63,935 bases of DNA, filler included, from Collodictyon triciliatum (GCA_043381765.1; 5 parts of 5 records of this genome joined end to end with filler, not necessarily neighbours in it), one strand, 5' to 3'. Counted from the whole stretch's first letter, positions 1 to 14,457 are shown. A program made the numbers and translations. The notes: generated from the letters alone by a model not told the origin.

Positions 1-2373
1 CGCGTTGGAGCTTAATCACTTCTGGTAGAATAGTCTGCGTGTGAGAACACTTTCTCTCCTTTCTTTTTTCTTTTTCTTTTTTTCCAAAACACAAAAACTC
101 CAACCACACGACACGGGGATTTCCACTGCCTCGTCCACAGCTCATTTCTTGTCCTAGAGGCGAAGGCGGTTTCCTTGGCTTTGTTTTCTCTCAATAAACT
201 GTTAAAGGAAACCAAAAATGATCTTTAAAGCCTTTAAATAAGTAAATATCCTTTCAAAAACTATGAATTGGTAAGGTCTACTCACAGCATAAGTTGTTTA
301 AGAATTAAAAATGCGAGCTACAGAGCTCCTTGTATGATGAAATGAAGTGATATATGAGCCCTTCCTGAAAGTTCGTAAAGTGCTATTATAAATAGTTTTG
401 TTAGAATCCATCCTGAGAAATAATCATGTTTATTTAATGGTCGAAAATTGTGTATGAATGAAAAGATATATGTTTTAATTATATGAACTCCCCTTTAATA
501 ACTTTTAATCAACTCATGATTGATTTTTCCAACTTTGTTATTTATAATTCATAAATAATTAAATCTCATCCATGCTCTTTGATAAGTAAATGCATAAATT
601 GTGACGTAAAAGATTCAGACTACATTTTTTTATTTTTTTTTATTCTTCCTTTCAATTTTGTGCAGGATGGTGGAGATGTTGGCTTTGGCAGACTACATTT
701 TATTTAAAGTCATAAAATCAAAATACATGTAGAGATATTCCTATAAAGTGTTTTGTACCTAAATCTGGTTGATTAAAATATGGTTTTGAGATTCGAGTAG
801 TCAAGTCGAACGAACAAGTATCTTCGAAATATTAGAATGGATAATCCATGATTTGTGTTTCCAAAATTTTGGCTTAAATTAAAGTTACTTATTCAAAAAA
901 AATTAAGTATATTCATTCGGAATCTGCAAAAATAATTTCACAATATTCTTGCCTATTCCACTAATGTCTCTTATGGAGAAGTTATGCAGATTTGTCAGCT
1001 GTTATTTGGTATCTGTTGAATACTAGACATATATTAGTCTATGTTATTGAAATTTAGAGTTGAATAGAATGAACGAATCAAAGGAATCTGATACTAGAGG
1101 AGGAAGGAGTAGTCGTGCGGACATTCGTCTTCAGGGGGGTTTGGCCTTCGATCAAATCTAAGTCAGGGCTCTGTTAGTCGCACCTCCTAGGATTTGTAAT
1201 TTTTCTCGACCCTCTCGAGTGCATATTGATGAGCCAAAAATCTAGATTATGTACACTGTTAGTCTTTAACCCTTATCCGATATGTGTCACTGCTTTCGAC
1301 CAAGACACAAAAACTACGGCGGGCTGTATAAAAATTGTAAAACCCTTCCCTTGCCTAGAATCGAATGAAATTATATTATATGGATGAGGAATTGACTTTT
1401 TTCACCAGTATGCGAATCCTATTAAATAGGCCAGGTTGAGGAGAGAAAAGCAAACATATGAACAACCAACCTGAAAGCAAATCCAATATCAAAGATACAT
1501 TCTTCAAGTCTGCGTCTGTAGAAAATCCTTCGAAGTGATTGTAATGTGGGCAGCAGAGAAACAAGAGACTCAATCTCCCAGTAGCTTTTGAAAAGCATCA
1601 CAAACTGCATGATATGGGAATAGAGTTCACTTAAAACTCATAATAACAGATAAATGATAAATCAGCTTAAGTTTTGATAAAAAAACAAAAACAGAATTAA
1701 GGCTTTTCAGATTGTGAGGGTGCGCGGCTAACAATGCTTTGCAATAGAAATACCCAGAAATCCGGAAGATCCCAGGTCTCCTTGGCTTGCGAATTATTAT
1801 AATGACAAGGGCCCAAAAACATCCGCAGGGCAGAGGAATAGTTTAATTTATTGTTATCTGAATATGAAAATGAGCTTCCTGTATAGTCTAGATTTTTGGT
1901 TGGTACGCAACACCATGTAACCCAGGGATTATACAGGGCAAGACCAGTGCTAATCATAAAATTTTTTTTTGAAAGGACTCCTCTTTTGCTTGTTTTTTGT
2001 TTCATTTTACTGCTATTTGCCAGCAGTTGATAGGTATCCCCGCTCTCGATTAACACTTTTGGCTTTTTGGTAAAGGTTATAGACTTGCTTAGGTTTAAAC
2101 CTTTGTTTTTCGTAGAAAAGAAAGGAAAGCTATGTTTTAATGTTAGATTTTTCTGATTGATTGGCGTTATGTTGATCGGTGGTAATTTTTTGTGTGTTGT
2201 TACGTGGTAAAAAAGAATGAGGGTCCACGCGAAAGGGATTCAACGACTCTGCTCTGTTGGTCTTTGGCTTTGGTTCTTGAGTGGTTCTGTGATCGTTTCG
2301 ACAGGTTAGTGCTAGCGGTGAAATAGACTTCATATATACCGTTTGTTTTTTGTTTGTTTTTTGGTTATGAGAT

Positions 2374-2477
2374 TTGGGAGTTGGGAGTTGGGAGTTGGGA
2401 GTTGGGAGTTGGGAGTTGGGAGTTGGGAGTTGGGAGTTGGGAGTTGGGAGTTGGGAGTTGGGAGTTGGGAGTTGGGA
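2374..2477. repeat. (TTGGGAG)n heptamer tandem array, ~15 copies
   Basis: Perfect tandem heptamer read directly; it produces the spurious WELGVGS / PTPNSQL ORFs. Confidence 0.97.
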
Positions 2478-3980
2478 ATTCGGATAGTTGGTTTAGTGAT
2501 TGTCTTGATAGTAAATTACTAGTAATGATAATGAATGCTAATTTTGCGAACCATTCTGTCGCTTCAATCACATTATCAATTCTTGGTCGAATTTTCATTT
2601 TTATTTGTTGACGGCCTTTCAACAGAGGGAATTATTACAACTGGGCATAATAATTTGTGCAAATGGAAGGTATTTTAATCGTACCACATTGAAATTCACA
2701 TAATAAAGCACGAAAGCCCCAGAACATCCCATTGTGTTAGCTCAAGAGAAAATCACATTGTGCGCAACAATTGGCCCACTTATCGAACATATCCATTCGG
2801 ATATCTGGTTGAAAGGGATTCAGTACGTGATTTAAAAAAACAGTCAATCAAAGCCATTTGACAACTTTTACTGCTAATTGTTGCTCTTGAAAGGACTCCA
2901 GACACTTTTAGATATTGGAATCCAAAGTCTAGTTAAATAGCTTGTAAATTTCTTCCTTCTTTTCTTTCTTTCTTTTCAAGTGTTTATTGATCTAGCACAT
3001 CGCTACAGACAAATATACTTTTCTTTCATTTTTATGTTATGTTTTTTGAAAGGGCTGATACTTGATGCAAGCATAAGTGACGCGGGCTACCTATCGAGTA
3101 TCTTTTCTGACCTATTTTAGTGGCTCGCAAAACCTAAACACAAAGCAAAAGATTATGCTCTATTATTACATTTTAATTATATATTCTTATTATTAAGATA
3201 TATATATGATCTTTTTAAATAAATCGGATAAAAATAATCTAGCAAATCACTGTTAGAAAAATTTTATGGAAGTTGTAGATTCTTGATTACCATTAAGGTA
3301 TAAGCGGCTTGATATTTCTTTTCCTCTAATTTTGTTCAAAGAAAGGATTTTTTTAATCATTCTACAGCCCGTCATTATTTTTGCACCATGGTTGAAAGCA
3401 CTAACGCGTTTTAATTGGATTTTAGGTCAGTTTGGTCCAGAAAATGAATTCGTGACTCACCTAAATACATCTATAGTGGATCGAGGATACTTATAACACT
3501 AAAGAGCTGCAACTACCAAAGGCTCTGACCTGGATTCAATCCAAGGCCAAAATTCGGGCAAAGACAAAGCAAAGCACCAAATTGATATCAGACAATAAAT
3601 GTGTAAATAGCAAATCCAGCATGTGAAAGTCACAAATCTAGCAGAAAAGAAAACATTCAATTCGTATGAAATCCTAAATTGTAATTTTTTGTTTTTTATT
3701 TGATTGAATGCCGTTTGCCCATGATAAATATGTGTTTTTGAATTGCACTAACTCAGTATAATCCATTTCTCGAGTAATCTCATTTCACCGTGTGTTGCAA
3801 AGGTCTGTTTAAGTGCATTGATCAAAAATCTATCGCATTCACATATTTATTTGATCCAAAAAGCCGAAGTCGCAGCGATTATGACCAGCTAATAAAACCA
3901 TCTTCTTGTTTATTTTGATATTCTTATTTTATTTATTTTTCTTCGCGTGGAAATAGAATTCTTGCATCTGACTCACCAGC

Positions 3981-4303
3981 CATCGTTCGCATTAACGCTA
4001 CTTGGTGACCGGGTGGCAGATAAATAGACAACCATGAGGAATTGTATCCTGCGGGTTGACTTGTAGCCTGGGTCCTGTGCATGCATAAGAGATACAAAGT
4101 GAGGTTGAATCTATTTCTCAGCTTCCTTCTACACGTCTCTTCTCACAGGGTAGAGTAATAGAAAAAATACAAGTGACTAAGGAAGTTGTTGATGAAGGAG
4201 ATTTTTATGGTTTAGTCTAGTCTATTATCAGGAATGGGTTTCTGGTTGTTGAGCCTTGCTTTGCGTGAGTATATGCGTGCTATCCACATAGTCCATAGCA
4301 AAT
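3981..4303 (-). mobile_element. Degenerate LINE ORF2 C-terminal fragment
   Basis: Aligns by eye over ~320 bp with 34059-34382 (shared blocks TTGTAGCCTGGGTC-like, TCAGGAATGGGT, TTGCTTTGCGTGAGTATATGCG, TATCCACATAGTCCATAGCAAAT), with many substitutions. Confidence 0.85.
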
Positions 4304-5305
4304 CCCATCCATATTATTTTTAGCAGTGGGATTCCTGAAAACTTAGGAACCGTTTCCTCGAATAAATTCTCATACTTATCCAAATCCTCTAGATTAGGAA
4401 CCCTGTGAAATTCAGGAATATTTCCCATTATTTCATTCACATACAAACTATAAAAAGGTTTGGCTTGGCGATTTTAAGTATACAAGGCTCTCAAAAATGT
4501 ATTTTAATCTCAAATTTACGTAGGAAAGGAAATCTCTCTAGAAATGGTGATATTGTATCGAATTATTCAACAAGATTGTTATTTGACATGTGGAATTTTA
4601 CCACATGGCACATATTCCCTATCACATATGAATTAATTTTTGACATCAGGTACGAAAGATAGAAATAGAATAATTACTTAGTAATCTTCATCTGTACAGT
4701 CTGTACGACAGTTGGCTCTGTACCATTCACATATATCTAAACTACTATATTTCCACCCTTTGTTGTTGAATCAATTATCCCCTTCAAGGAGATTTTAGAA
4801 TTGAATGATAAGATCTAGTTGATCTGTGCTCTCTCTGTCATTATCTATCACTTTGTCTACTAATGCATTTGTATGAAACGCTTGGCTTTTCTTCGAATTC
4901 AACAAACTAATTCTTTCTAAAAATACACCACGTATCTCCACGTAGTATTTTTGGGCATATTACCCACTGATATCGTCTGCGTTAATTTTTGGACTCTTCT
5001 TCATTAATATTATGAAGATCTTTCGATTCATTAAATTATACGGTATCAGAACTTCTTTGTCGTAAAAACCTGTCAGTATTCTAAATGAACTCCCTGCCTT
5101 GATCGATAACAATAAATCATTTAATATTTGCAGCTTTTCGACAGTCTTATCTGCTGCGTGTTTTTGTTAATTATTAAAAGCAACCTGTAAATGAACAAAA
5201 ACGAAAACAAAGCTCGAATTTACCCTGGAAATCCAAAAGCAGAGGCTGTAAATGTGATAGAAATGACCATAAAAAGCAGTGCAAATAATTGATGATATTT
5301 CTATT
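4304..5305 (-). pseudogene. Extracellular leucine-rich-repeat (LRRNT-capped) protein pseudogene
   Basis: Manual translation: LIIQF*NLLEGDN*FNNKGWKYSSLDICEWYRANC resembles an LRR N-cap (L..FY....G.NW.NN.GW....C.W.G..C) with two stops. SLYVNEIMGNIPEFHRVPNLEDLDKYENLFEETVPKFSGIPLLK gives plant-type LRR units. A signal-peptide-like exon (LFALLFMVISITFTASAFGFP) lies at ~5225-5305. Truncated by the LINE fragment. Confidence 0.65.
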
Positions 5306-6959
5306 TTGGAAAAAAAAGAAGGAAATTAGAAATATCCATGAGTATTAAATCGATGGGTCGTTATATTCTCACCTCAGCATAGATACGTCTCCAAGTCTAT
5401 AACAATCTGGAAATTAGCTGTATGCATTTTGTTTCATTTTAATCCACAATTTTGCGTCAATCCTAATTGTCGATGTTCATAGTAATTGTACGAATTAATA
5501 TTTAGACTCTGGACATCTTAATTCCTACATATATGCCTCTTTATTATGATAAACCTTGAAAATTACAGATTTTATACTTAATAATTGATTTATTATAAAT
5601 AATTCATTATGTATATAAGTATTTTTCGGAAAATTTTATTTGCAAAAATATATTACATGACGTAAAAATGTAAAAAAAAATGCATTTTCGAAAAAAATTT
5701 TATTAGACATTCTACTCCTTAATTATCCAATATTCTCCATATAATATATATAAGTGGAATTTTTATCTCAATAATTATTATTTCAGATCTTTTATTAAAT
5801 GGAAATGAAATTATTGTTTCAAGTAAATTTTAATTAAACTCATAAAATCGTGCATTATTATGCATTTATAAACTGCCAAGAATATTTATTTCACATTCTG
5901 ATAATCCAAATTATTATTTACCAATCCATTATCGATCGCATACTGGTTAAACTAAAATACTTTACAAAACACAAGTAAAATATTTCATCCAGCAATTTTA
6001 ATGACAATTGACCAAAAAAGATTCAGTCTAGATTTAAGATATGCATTACATACTCCATAAGTACGATTCCTGGTGTTGAAAACATATCCACCTAATTTTA
6101 TTTTATTATTATTTTAAAATATTTACAATAAATAAAAGGGAGGCAATTTGTATTATATTTTGGTTCATATTGTAAATTAATTATCTTATAATAATATTTT
6201 TCTTTATTAAACAAAATCCATTCCAATAATTGCAACATAATGTCAAGATGAAACTGACGCCTAAACCTGCACTTACCCTTATCTGATAAACTTGTACTTC
6301 TGTTAAAGAATATATGGCAATACTTCTGTAAATGTCTGTCCACTGAATTTTATTTCTGGAAAATAAGGAAGAAAGAGAATGAAATAAAAACTTGAATTCA
6401 ATAATAGATGTGATATCATAGTAAATTTCTGCCCTCTAATTACTTTAGTAAAAATAAAAATGTGAGCCATGAGAACTTTATTAGCCAATTAAGCCAATTT
6501 AATCACCAAAATTACATCCAAATTGACCAGCATTTTTCAATCAAGTGTAATAGAATCGGCCTTCCGAAAAAAAGTAAAAAGCTTAGTAATCTTCTTGGCA
6601 TTGAATAAAAGAAAAAATTGTTTGTAATCTTGAAAAGGTATGCTTATCAGAAACTGTCGCAGGATGATAATATGTCCTGGGTTTTCAATATTGAAAACCT
6701 CCCTGCTTCTTTTCCTCGATTATATTATTTTCCATTTATTATATGATAAATTAGAGAAAAGTGAGATTACGTAAAAATATACAACTATGTATTATTTCAA
6801 ATGTGAATATGGCAGTTATTGTTCTATCATTAATATTGCATTATCGATTCAACAGCTGGATTTTTTAGGCATATCATTCACTATCTCAATTTTTTCTGCC
6901 TGTGGCAGAGCTTCATTTTAATTGACATTCGGTGTTTGATCAATTCAAAAATATATGCA

Positions 6960-7620
6960 TCCGTGAGACATTAGAAACGTGTATGAGGACTTTGGTAACA
7001 TACCTGTCCGTGCATCGATAGATGGTTGAAGGCCACTTGGTTGCCAGCACACCACCTGGCCTTGAATGAGCGCCACAAAACGTCTGCCCCGTAACCTAGA
7101 CTCGTCAAGTTTCATCCGCACATAAAGTTGGACAGAATTGGATACCATACACAAGTTGCATCATCTGTAGACCGACTCTTCGCACCGCTTCCCATGACGA
7201 TGTCACTCTCCTTATGAATTCACATCTGATGCAAATTCAGCAATGAGAGGAAAGCACGTGAGGTGGAGGTGTATCGGTTAAAGTAGTAATGCCGCGCTCG
7301 GAAAAATGGCTTTCTATCTCTCAGCGTAACTGGTCTCTGCGCGATTGTGATTGAAGTCTTAGTTTTGATATCCCTCTTTGCCCACGACCCTGGCCTGATC
7401 AAATTTAGCCTGTTTCCTAATGTTTAAGATGCCACGCTGCGCCAGTGGGTTGATATCTGCTCGCTTGATTATTCTCACAGCTTCTTGGTTTATCAGAGCG
7501 TCATCATCGCTGTGATGAAATGCCCTATTGTGCATTATATAAACCAATATCCCACAACGAAGGAAATAAAAGGACACGGTGCAACTTGCGGTGGTGTTGA
7601 TTAAGCGAGGCCATGCCAGC
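6960..7620 (+). mobile_element. Possible highly decayed PIF/Harbinger DDE transposase remnant
   Basis: GC-richer block. Broken translations give RASIDG, ASHDDVTLLMNSHL and ISARLIILTA in the order of the Harbinger motifs GAIDG / GS.HD..V...S.L / S.AR..IE.AF. Many stops and frameshifts. Confidence 0.3.
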
Positions 7621-8561
7621 AGTGAGAATAACCGGTATTATTGTGAAACTCCATGCATCGAACGACTCTTTACATAATGAAGAGACACTCTTCCGTGGAG
7701 ACTTTGGCGAAATATATCAGGTACCGCCTCCATAAACGTTTGCTTTTTTATGTACTTATCTATTTTGGTTAAGTTGATACATCTTGCGTCAGAAAAGTCA
7801 GAAAATGCACATTGCTTGTGGCGGTGTCGTGAGATAAAGCTAACGCGAATAGGACTTGGAATATATTCCGAAATACACAAAGTGGACGACGAGACATCCA
7901 CTAGTTCGATTGCCTGAAAGCGTGAACGATGCTCTCCTCTGCAAATTAAAATGTACGAATGCTTATGCCCATTTCGGCATACATGCGAATAACCAGCTAG
8001 CCGTCTTTTTTCATCTCTTCAGTTTAACAAAATACAAAATTTTTATAATTTCGTGTAGCCTTTTTTTTTTTCTGATAAAGCAGTCTGTGATTTATTTGAG
8101 GCATGGCAGCACCCCTTCGCCTACTCTCAGACTGCTCTTTTCTTACATTTCCAACACTTATGAGCCGTACATTACCGCGAATTACTTGTGGATGCGAGTG
8201 CTTTTACTTTATTTTATTTTGAAAAGAAACACTATATAACTATCCGACAATAGTTTCTCACTTACTTTTTGCATACAGTCAAAACACTGGCAGCATAAGC
8301 GAAGATATGTGAATGTACAGTTCCAACTGAGCTTAAATAATTGTTTCTTGAAAGCAAGCGTAAGGTAGGGAAATAGCGTTTTGCAACAAAAGCTGGAAAC
8401 CCAGAAATAAAAAGTGGTAGCGATTTCCCATGAAATAGGAAAGTTCATAATTTAAGCGTGGTAAAAGATGGCAAGAGTCTTGAAGCAGCAATCATCCTTT
8501 TTTTTTCTCCTCTCTTTCTGCTCTGTCTCCCCATCCAGCTCGTGAGATGAGCGCTGGTACA

Positions 8562-11500
8562 TTACTGGAGGGTGAATCCGATTGTGCGTTGAATTTGTTG
8601 CCCATTCATGAATCGAATCACTTTTGTGTTCACTTTGAGTCCGTCGTTTTCAGTTGCAAACAGTGCTAGCACCTGGGCAGATATGTTAAGAAATACGTAA
8701 CCAAATGAATCGAGAACAACACTTCCTGAGTATAGAAAAAAAAAGAGAGAGACACTATCCTTTATATTGGTATACCTCATGGACTCTGGATACAGGTTGG
8801 CCTTCTAACTCGACTATCACATCTCTCGCTCGCAAGCCAGCCTTAGCAGCGTTTGTTTCTGGTAATACCTCGACAATTAACACACCTTCTAAAACAGATG
8901 GCGAGTCAGGATCCAAGGCGACAAACAGGTCATGTGTCAGTGTTGTCAGCTTCAGGCCTATAATTATCAATAGGAGTAAGCTTACACTCTTTTTTTCAGC
9001 ACATAAGAACCTCCAGGATATTTTGGGTCGGGGCTATTCAAATCAAGCACCTGAAAATGGTCCAACAACACGGTCGGATAGTATTAATGTGTCAAGGGGT
9101 GACTGTCTCCTAGTGTTCAATTAAAACAACATAAAATAATAAGAAAAAAAACAACTCTTAGAATTACCTTTATGAGCATGATTTTCTTCTCTTTTTCTCT
9201 TTTTTTTCTCTTTTTCTCTTTTTCTCTTTTTTTCTCTTTTTTCTCTTTTTTCTCTTTTTTTCTCTTTTTTTTCTCTTTTTTTCTCTTTTTTTCTCTTTTT
9301 TTCTCTTTTTTCTCTTTTTTCTCTTTTTTTCTCTATTTTCTCTCTTTTTTTTCTCTCTTTTGCAAATGATTGAAAAATCTTTGTATATTCGAGTGCTTAC
9401 ATTTCTGCGGGCAATGACAGGACTTCAGAGGAATTGCTTGCTGAAGGCCGAGCTACAATGCGAGGAGTGGGGATATTGGAATCGGACGCAGAGTTTGGCG
9501 ATCGAAATACCTTGAAATATCGAATTATTGAATCGATAAAAAAAAGGATTAAGTTGCATGATGACTATAATAAATGACTCACGCAATAATATCTTTAAGG
9601 TGATAAATTGAGAACATACCTTGTCAGGCACATCAAAAGAAATTAAGATGCCCGTTTCACACCCCGCCCATATCATCTGCCTTTCTTTCCAATAACTCAA
9701 GCAACACAGCTCAGATGTGTGTCCCCAAACCTATTTCCAAGAAAATCACTTAAATATGTAAGAAAATGATATTTACAACCCCAAATGATGTGAAAGGAGA
9801 AAACCTAGTCAGCCAAAGAGTATTTATAAAATCACATACAGAAACAAGTCTTTCGGTAGAGTATTCCCACATCCTTATTGTCATGTCCCGAGAACAGGAG
9901 ACTAGAAATCCAAACTCAGGCTACATGAATTATTATTACGCATGTCTCAGATAAGGGCGATGCATTCCAAATAGAAAAAGGAAGTTAAATTGCAAAATAC
10001 AATCCAAATTCTGTAACATTCATAACGCAAACCAGCATAATCAAATCTCGAATAGGGCCAGCATGTCCTGTTAGTTTCCGCAAAAGCAACCGACTAAGGT
10101 GTGAAAGATACTGATGAGATGAATATTTAAACTGACCAGATACTACGTAGTAAAATATATGGCCAAAATTGGGATTTGTAAATTAAAAAATATTCAACTA
10201 CGTTATTCCTGCGTTCTCGTTATTATTTTGGTAGATTGTTTTAAAAAAAATTTTTGAAAAAAATTTAGCTCACAAATTCTGCCTTACCTGAAAACATCCC
10301 AAATACCTATGGTAGAGTCGTCTGACCCAGTGAAAAGAAAATTCCCGTCCAAAACCATGCATGTTACAGCTACAAGAGTGAGTTTTTCTTAAATAAAAAA
10401 AAAATGGTAAAATAGCAATAATCGAGACCCACTCCCCATTTTATAATCGCTTAATGGAATAAGGGCAATCACCTTCTGTGTGCTCTCTCATTGATTGAAG
10501 TTCACGAAACGGCGGCCGATGGTCCCATATTTTTATAGTCCCTGCAGCAATACATTTTAGTCGATATTTATGTAATGAACCAAACCTTGTCTTTTGACCA
10601 TTTTGAAAAACTTTTTCCCGTATGAATGGAAATTCAATACAAAGGCGTATGTGTATTATACGTAGCCAGGACTTACCATCATTCGCTGCTGTTATGAATG
10701 AGTTGTTGGCTGGATTGAACTTAACGCTGAGGATTTCGCATGGATGGGCCTGGATTGACGCCACAGCGGTTATTGTACCGGTAAGTCCCGCTTAAAAAAT
10801 AATTGCATCGATTTAGTTGAAGGCGTAATTGGTGCATGTGCTATAGATAGCTAGGAGCTTATGACTTTAGGATAACCAAGGAAAGAAAACAGGGTACCGC
10901 CTTGTGTTGTTATATCCCAGATTCCAATCTTTCCATCAAACCCAGCACTGATAAGATACTCCTTTGATTTGAATGAAGATCCTGCATGGAAGTTAATACG
11001 AAACATTTTTCGTGAAAGAATGATGAACTACTAGACGAGATTACACCATAAAATGTGGTTTAGATATCCAGCTGCTTGTAATAAAGGCTGCATATATGGG
11101 GTAAGGGAATGAGGAAAGAAAAAAACCGGTAATAGATGTGACTGAATTGGAGTGTGCCTGCACAGTGCTGACATGAGCTGTGCATAGAATAAGTGGTTGG
11201 TGTTGGTAAACTTTGTTGAGCAAGGCATACGAACCAACCGATGATAAAATGAACTAAAAGAACGAGTAAAGGGCGTGCATCAAAGATTAACCAGATTCTA
11301 GATGCCAGAGACTAATTTTGCCATTTTCATGACCTAGTTGGATTGTTACGATAATAAATACAAGATGAAAATGTATGTAAATATGACCAAATTAAATGCG
11401 TGTGTCTGTTTTTATTTCGATGTATTAGTTACTCTCTGTCTGTTTCCATGTTTGGTTTAATTGATTATTTTTTTTTAAAAAAAAAAGTGCGTGCTGATAA

Positions 11501-14080
11501 CCGATTACCCGTGCACATAATTCTGAATTCAGCGTGGTAGAATGATGACATGATTTCAGAAGACTTCTCATTGAACTGTTGAAGGCATATTAAATCTCTA
11601 GGGTCCAGTTTGCGAATAAAGTTATCCATCGACACAGTAAGCAGTCTATTAAATACAGTGTTAGATATGTATTTCAAGTTGAACCTATGAAATATAACTG
11701 GAGCGCAATTACGAAAGTGAATAAAAACTTGATGCTATCCTTTTTAGAGGCTGGCTCAGCAAAAGTTAGAGACACAATGGGGCCTTGATGTGTTTGATAT
11801 TCATGGAAGTGGCTTTGTCTAATAATCTCGAAAAACTAGAATAAAACAGGCGTATCAGCACATGAACAGAAAATAAGACATAGACAAACAAGGTGTGCTT
11901 TGATTGATATGAATGAAGAAAATACTATATTCCATCGATATGTAAGTTCGATGCATTCGGTGCATGTAACGAAGCGTGAATAAATACCTGGACTCCCTCC
12001 ATCGAAGTTATCATAAACTCTCCTCCTTCACGTACGGAGAGGCTCGATATCTGGAAGAAATCAGCAACATTTCTGGTTATATCTGTTTCCAATGAGATGA
12101 CTTATCTTGAAAAATATTAGTGTTTCTCAGCGTTGACACGCATACTTACAGGTCCAAATCCCGGATCCATTTCCAGAACGCATTTGTCTCCATAAACACT
12201 GTATATGTAAACACGGCCTGACATATCCGTCAGTAGAATTTCCTAAGTGAGAGTACACTATTTATATGATAATTTTCTACATACTAAGGTTAGATAAAAA
12301 AGTGTAGGTCATACATATTGTGAAAAACCTTAAAATCTGCCAACCAAAGAACACCTGTGAACTTCACACGATAAGGGTTCTTGATTTTGGAAAACACCCT
12401 CCCGTTCTGGCTGTTCATCACAGCAGCTAAAATTCGATTAGATCATCCCAGATTTCGTTCCAGATATGATTATTATTATTATTATTATTATTATTATTTT
12501 AAAAAAGAAAGAAACGAGTGTAAAAAAAAAATTACTAGTGAGCAGTGGTAAAGAATTCATAATTGAAGGGATTAGTGAGATATCAGAGAGTAACAGCCAA
12601 AATTTTAGATTACTTCCTAATCATACAGAAAGGATAGCTCAATCAAATAAAAAAATGAGAGGGAAACCTGTAGTATCCGAAGAAATTGTGATGATGAAAT
12701 TCTCTTTAACTGCGTGGACTATATTCGAAATACCCAAATGATGTGACCGAGTAAATTTTTTCAACAACTCCAGAGATATGCTATTCCTTTTTTTAAAAAA
12801 TAAATTAGAAGAATCAGATATTGCGAATCTATTACATAGAGCAACTGGATTAACATAAACTGCGTAGTCTGTGTTTTCTCAAAATGTTTGTCCAAATAAC
12901 ATCGTGTTGGGGGATAGTTAAGAAATGAATGGAAACCTGTTTCCAGAATAATCAATAACAGGCTTCATAATAGATAGAGCACCCGAAGAATCACCAACAT
13001 AGAGCTCTCCCATCTCATTCAGGTGAGGATTCGAAGAATAAGACATTGATGTCACCCAGCTATGAAACATTTATACTGTTAAATGTATATGATATGTTAT
13101 TCTTACAACTACCTCCAGAACGATTTAGAGTTCATCGCGCTTTTTGCAATCACACTAAAAAAATATGTCGGAACTGTCAAATTTTCGTATTATTCATCTT
13201 ACTTTGCTCCAAAGTTCTTTACAACTTGGGTGCATGTGAACCATGGATAGAGAAGCAAACTGCGACCCTCCTCTGCTTTCCATACACGGAGAGAACAGTC
13301 AGTGCTGGATGTGAAAAGCTGGCCACGAAATGTGATGATTCCTGTAATTGTGCCCCCGTGTCCAATCAGAGTCTGGACGCAGGGCTTCTCAGCTTCACGA
13401 ATATTGACGTCCCAAACTAGACACAATCATGAATTGATCGATCAGACTTTTTGATTTGTAATAACCAACCATATATACGAAGTACTGTTGATCAGTATAT
13501 GAATATGAATAGCTGGATTATTTGCGGTTCATTAGTATGATTCAAGGGACCAGACATTTGAGATGAAGTGAATAGCAAAAATGAGTGACCAAAATACACA
13601 GAGGGATCATTACAAGAAGACTTCTATTAAAAAAAATAATTTGTAGTTACCTTTGATGCTAAAGTCAGACGAACCACTGAAAAGAAGTTGGTGGTCTGCG
13701 GAGTAGTATAAAAACGTTACTGCGCCTTTGTGACCCCCCGCAAATGTCATCACTTGTTTTATTGGAGGGCTTGTTTGAATAGGTGAAGATGCGGCACTAG
13801 TTGATGGAAGGTTATGAACGCTCAAAATAAATAATCGCTTTAATATCCAAAATAACGACTAAATAACTTAACATATGTTTACAATTTTTATCGCGTAGTA
13901 GCTCTTGACATTTTATTATATTTAATTATATGTTTACGTGGCAGAACCAAGCATAATAGTTTGGAGCGGTCCGCCTTTCTTTTGAGCGGATGTAGATATC
14001 CCGGCTCCATTGTATAACTGAGAGGAATCAGACTTGTATCTAGAATTTTGTATCGCGTTCATATTCCATTCATTTGCCAT
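8562..14080 (-). CDS. Multi-exon WD40-repeat protein with C-terminal PDZ domain
   Basis: Exons contain WD repeats (GHKGAVTFLYYSADHQLLFSGSSDFSIK, GHGGTITGIITFRGQLFTSSTDCSLRVWK, AHPCEILSVKFNP..TAANDG.IKIWD) and a PDZ (GVLIVEVLPETNAAKAGLRARDVIVELEGQPVS). GT-AG introns. Start codon (MANEW) is tentative. Confidence 0.85.
9183..9360. repeat. Intronic (T)nCTC pyrimidine-rich low-complexity repeat
   Basis: Read directly. Confidence 0.9.
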
Positions 14081-14183
14081 CCATTTAGTACTCGCAAATA
14101 TGTATATTAACGTTGCAGACAAATTAAAAATGGCCATAGAATTGAATACGAATTATACGTTAAAAGAGGATGGTGCGCTGGTG

Positions 14184-14268
14184 TTTTTTGTTTGTTTTTT
14201 TTGTTTTTTGTTTTTTTCGTTTTTTTCGTTTTGTTTTGTTTTGTTTTGTTTTGTTTTGTTTTTGTTTT

Positions 14269-14357
<89 letters not shown>
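14184..14357. repeat. (TTTTG)n and poly-T at contig end
   Basis: Read directly; abuts linker. Confidence 0.9.
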
Positions 14358-14457
14358 NNNNNNNNNNNNNNNNNNNNNNNNNNNNNNNNNNNNNNNNNNN
14401 NTTAATTAATTAANNNNNNNNNNNNNNNNNNNNNNNNNNNNNNNNNNNNNNNNNNNN
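14358..14457. other. Artificial contig linker N44-TTAATTAATTAA-N44
   Basis: Exactly 100 bp, with a core that gives stop codons in all six frames; identical at four positions. Confidence 0.97.

Noticed and set aside
1-2350. Short ORFs/possible exons at the window start
   Set aside because: No recognisable motifs or coherent splice model.
4760-4800. In-frame TAA/TGA at expected Tyr/Trp positions (and stops in Fanzor) as a sign of a variant genetic code
   Set aside because: Intact genes end in TAA (RPS10, CDK11, URC4) or TGA (PC, globin), and I saw no internal stops in their conserved exons. The stops occur in regions that are also frameshifted.
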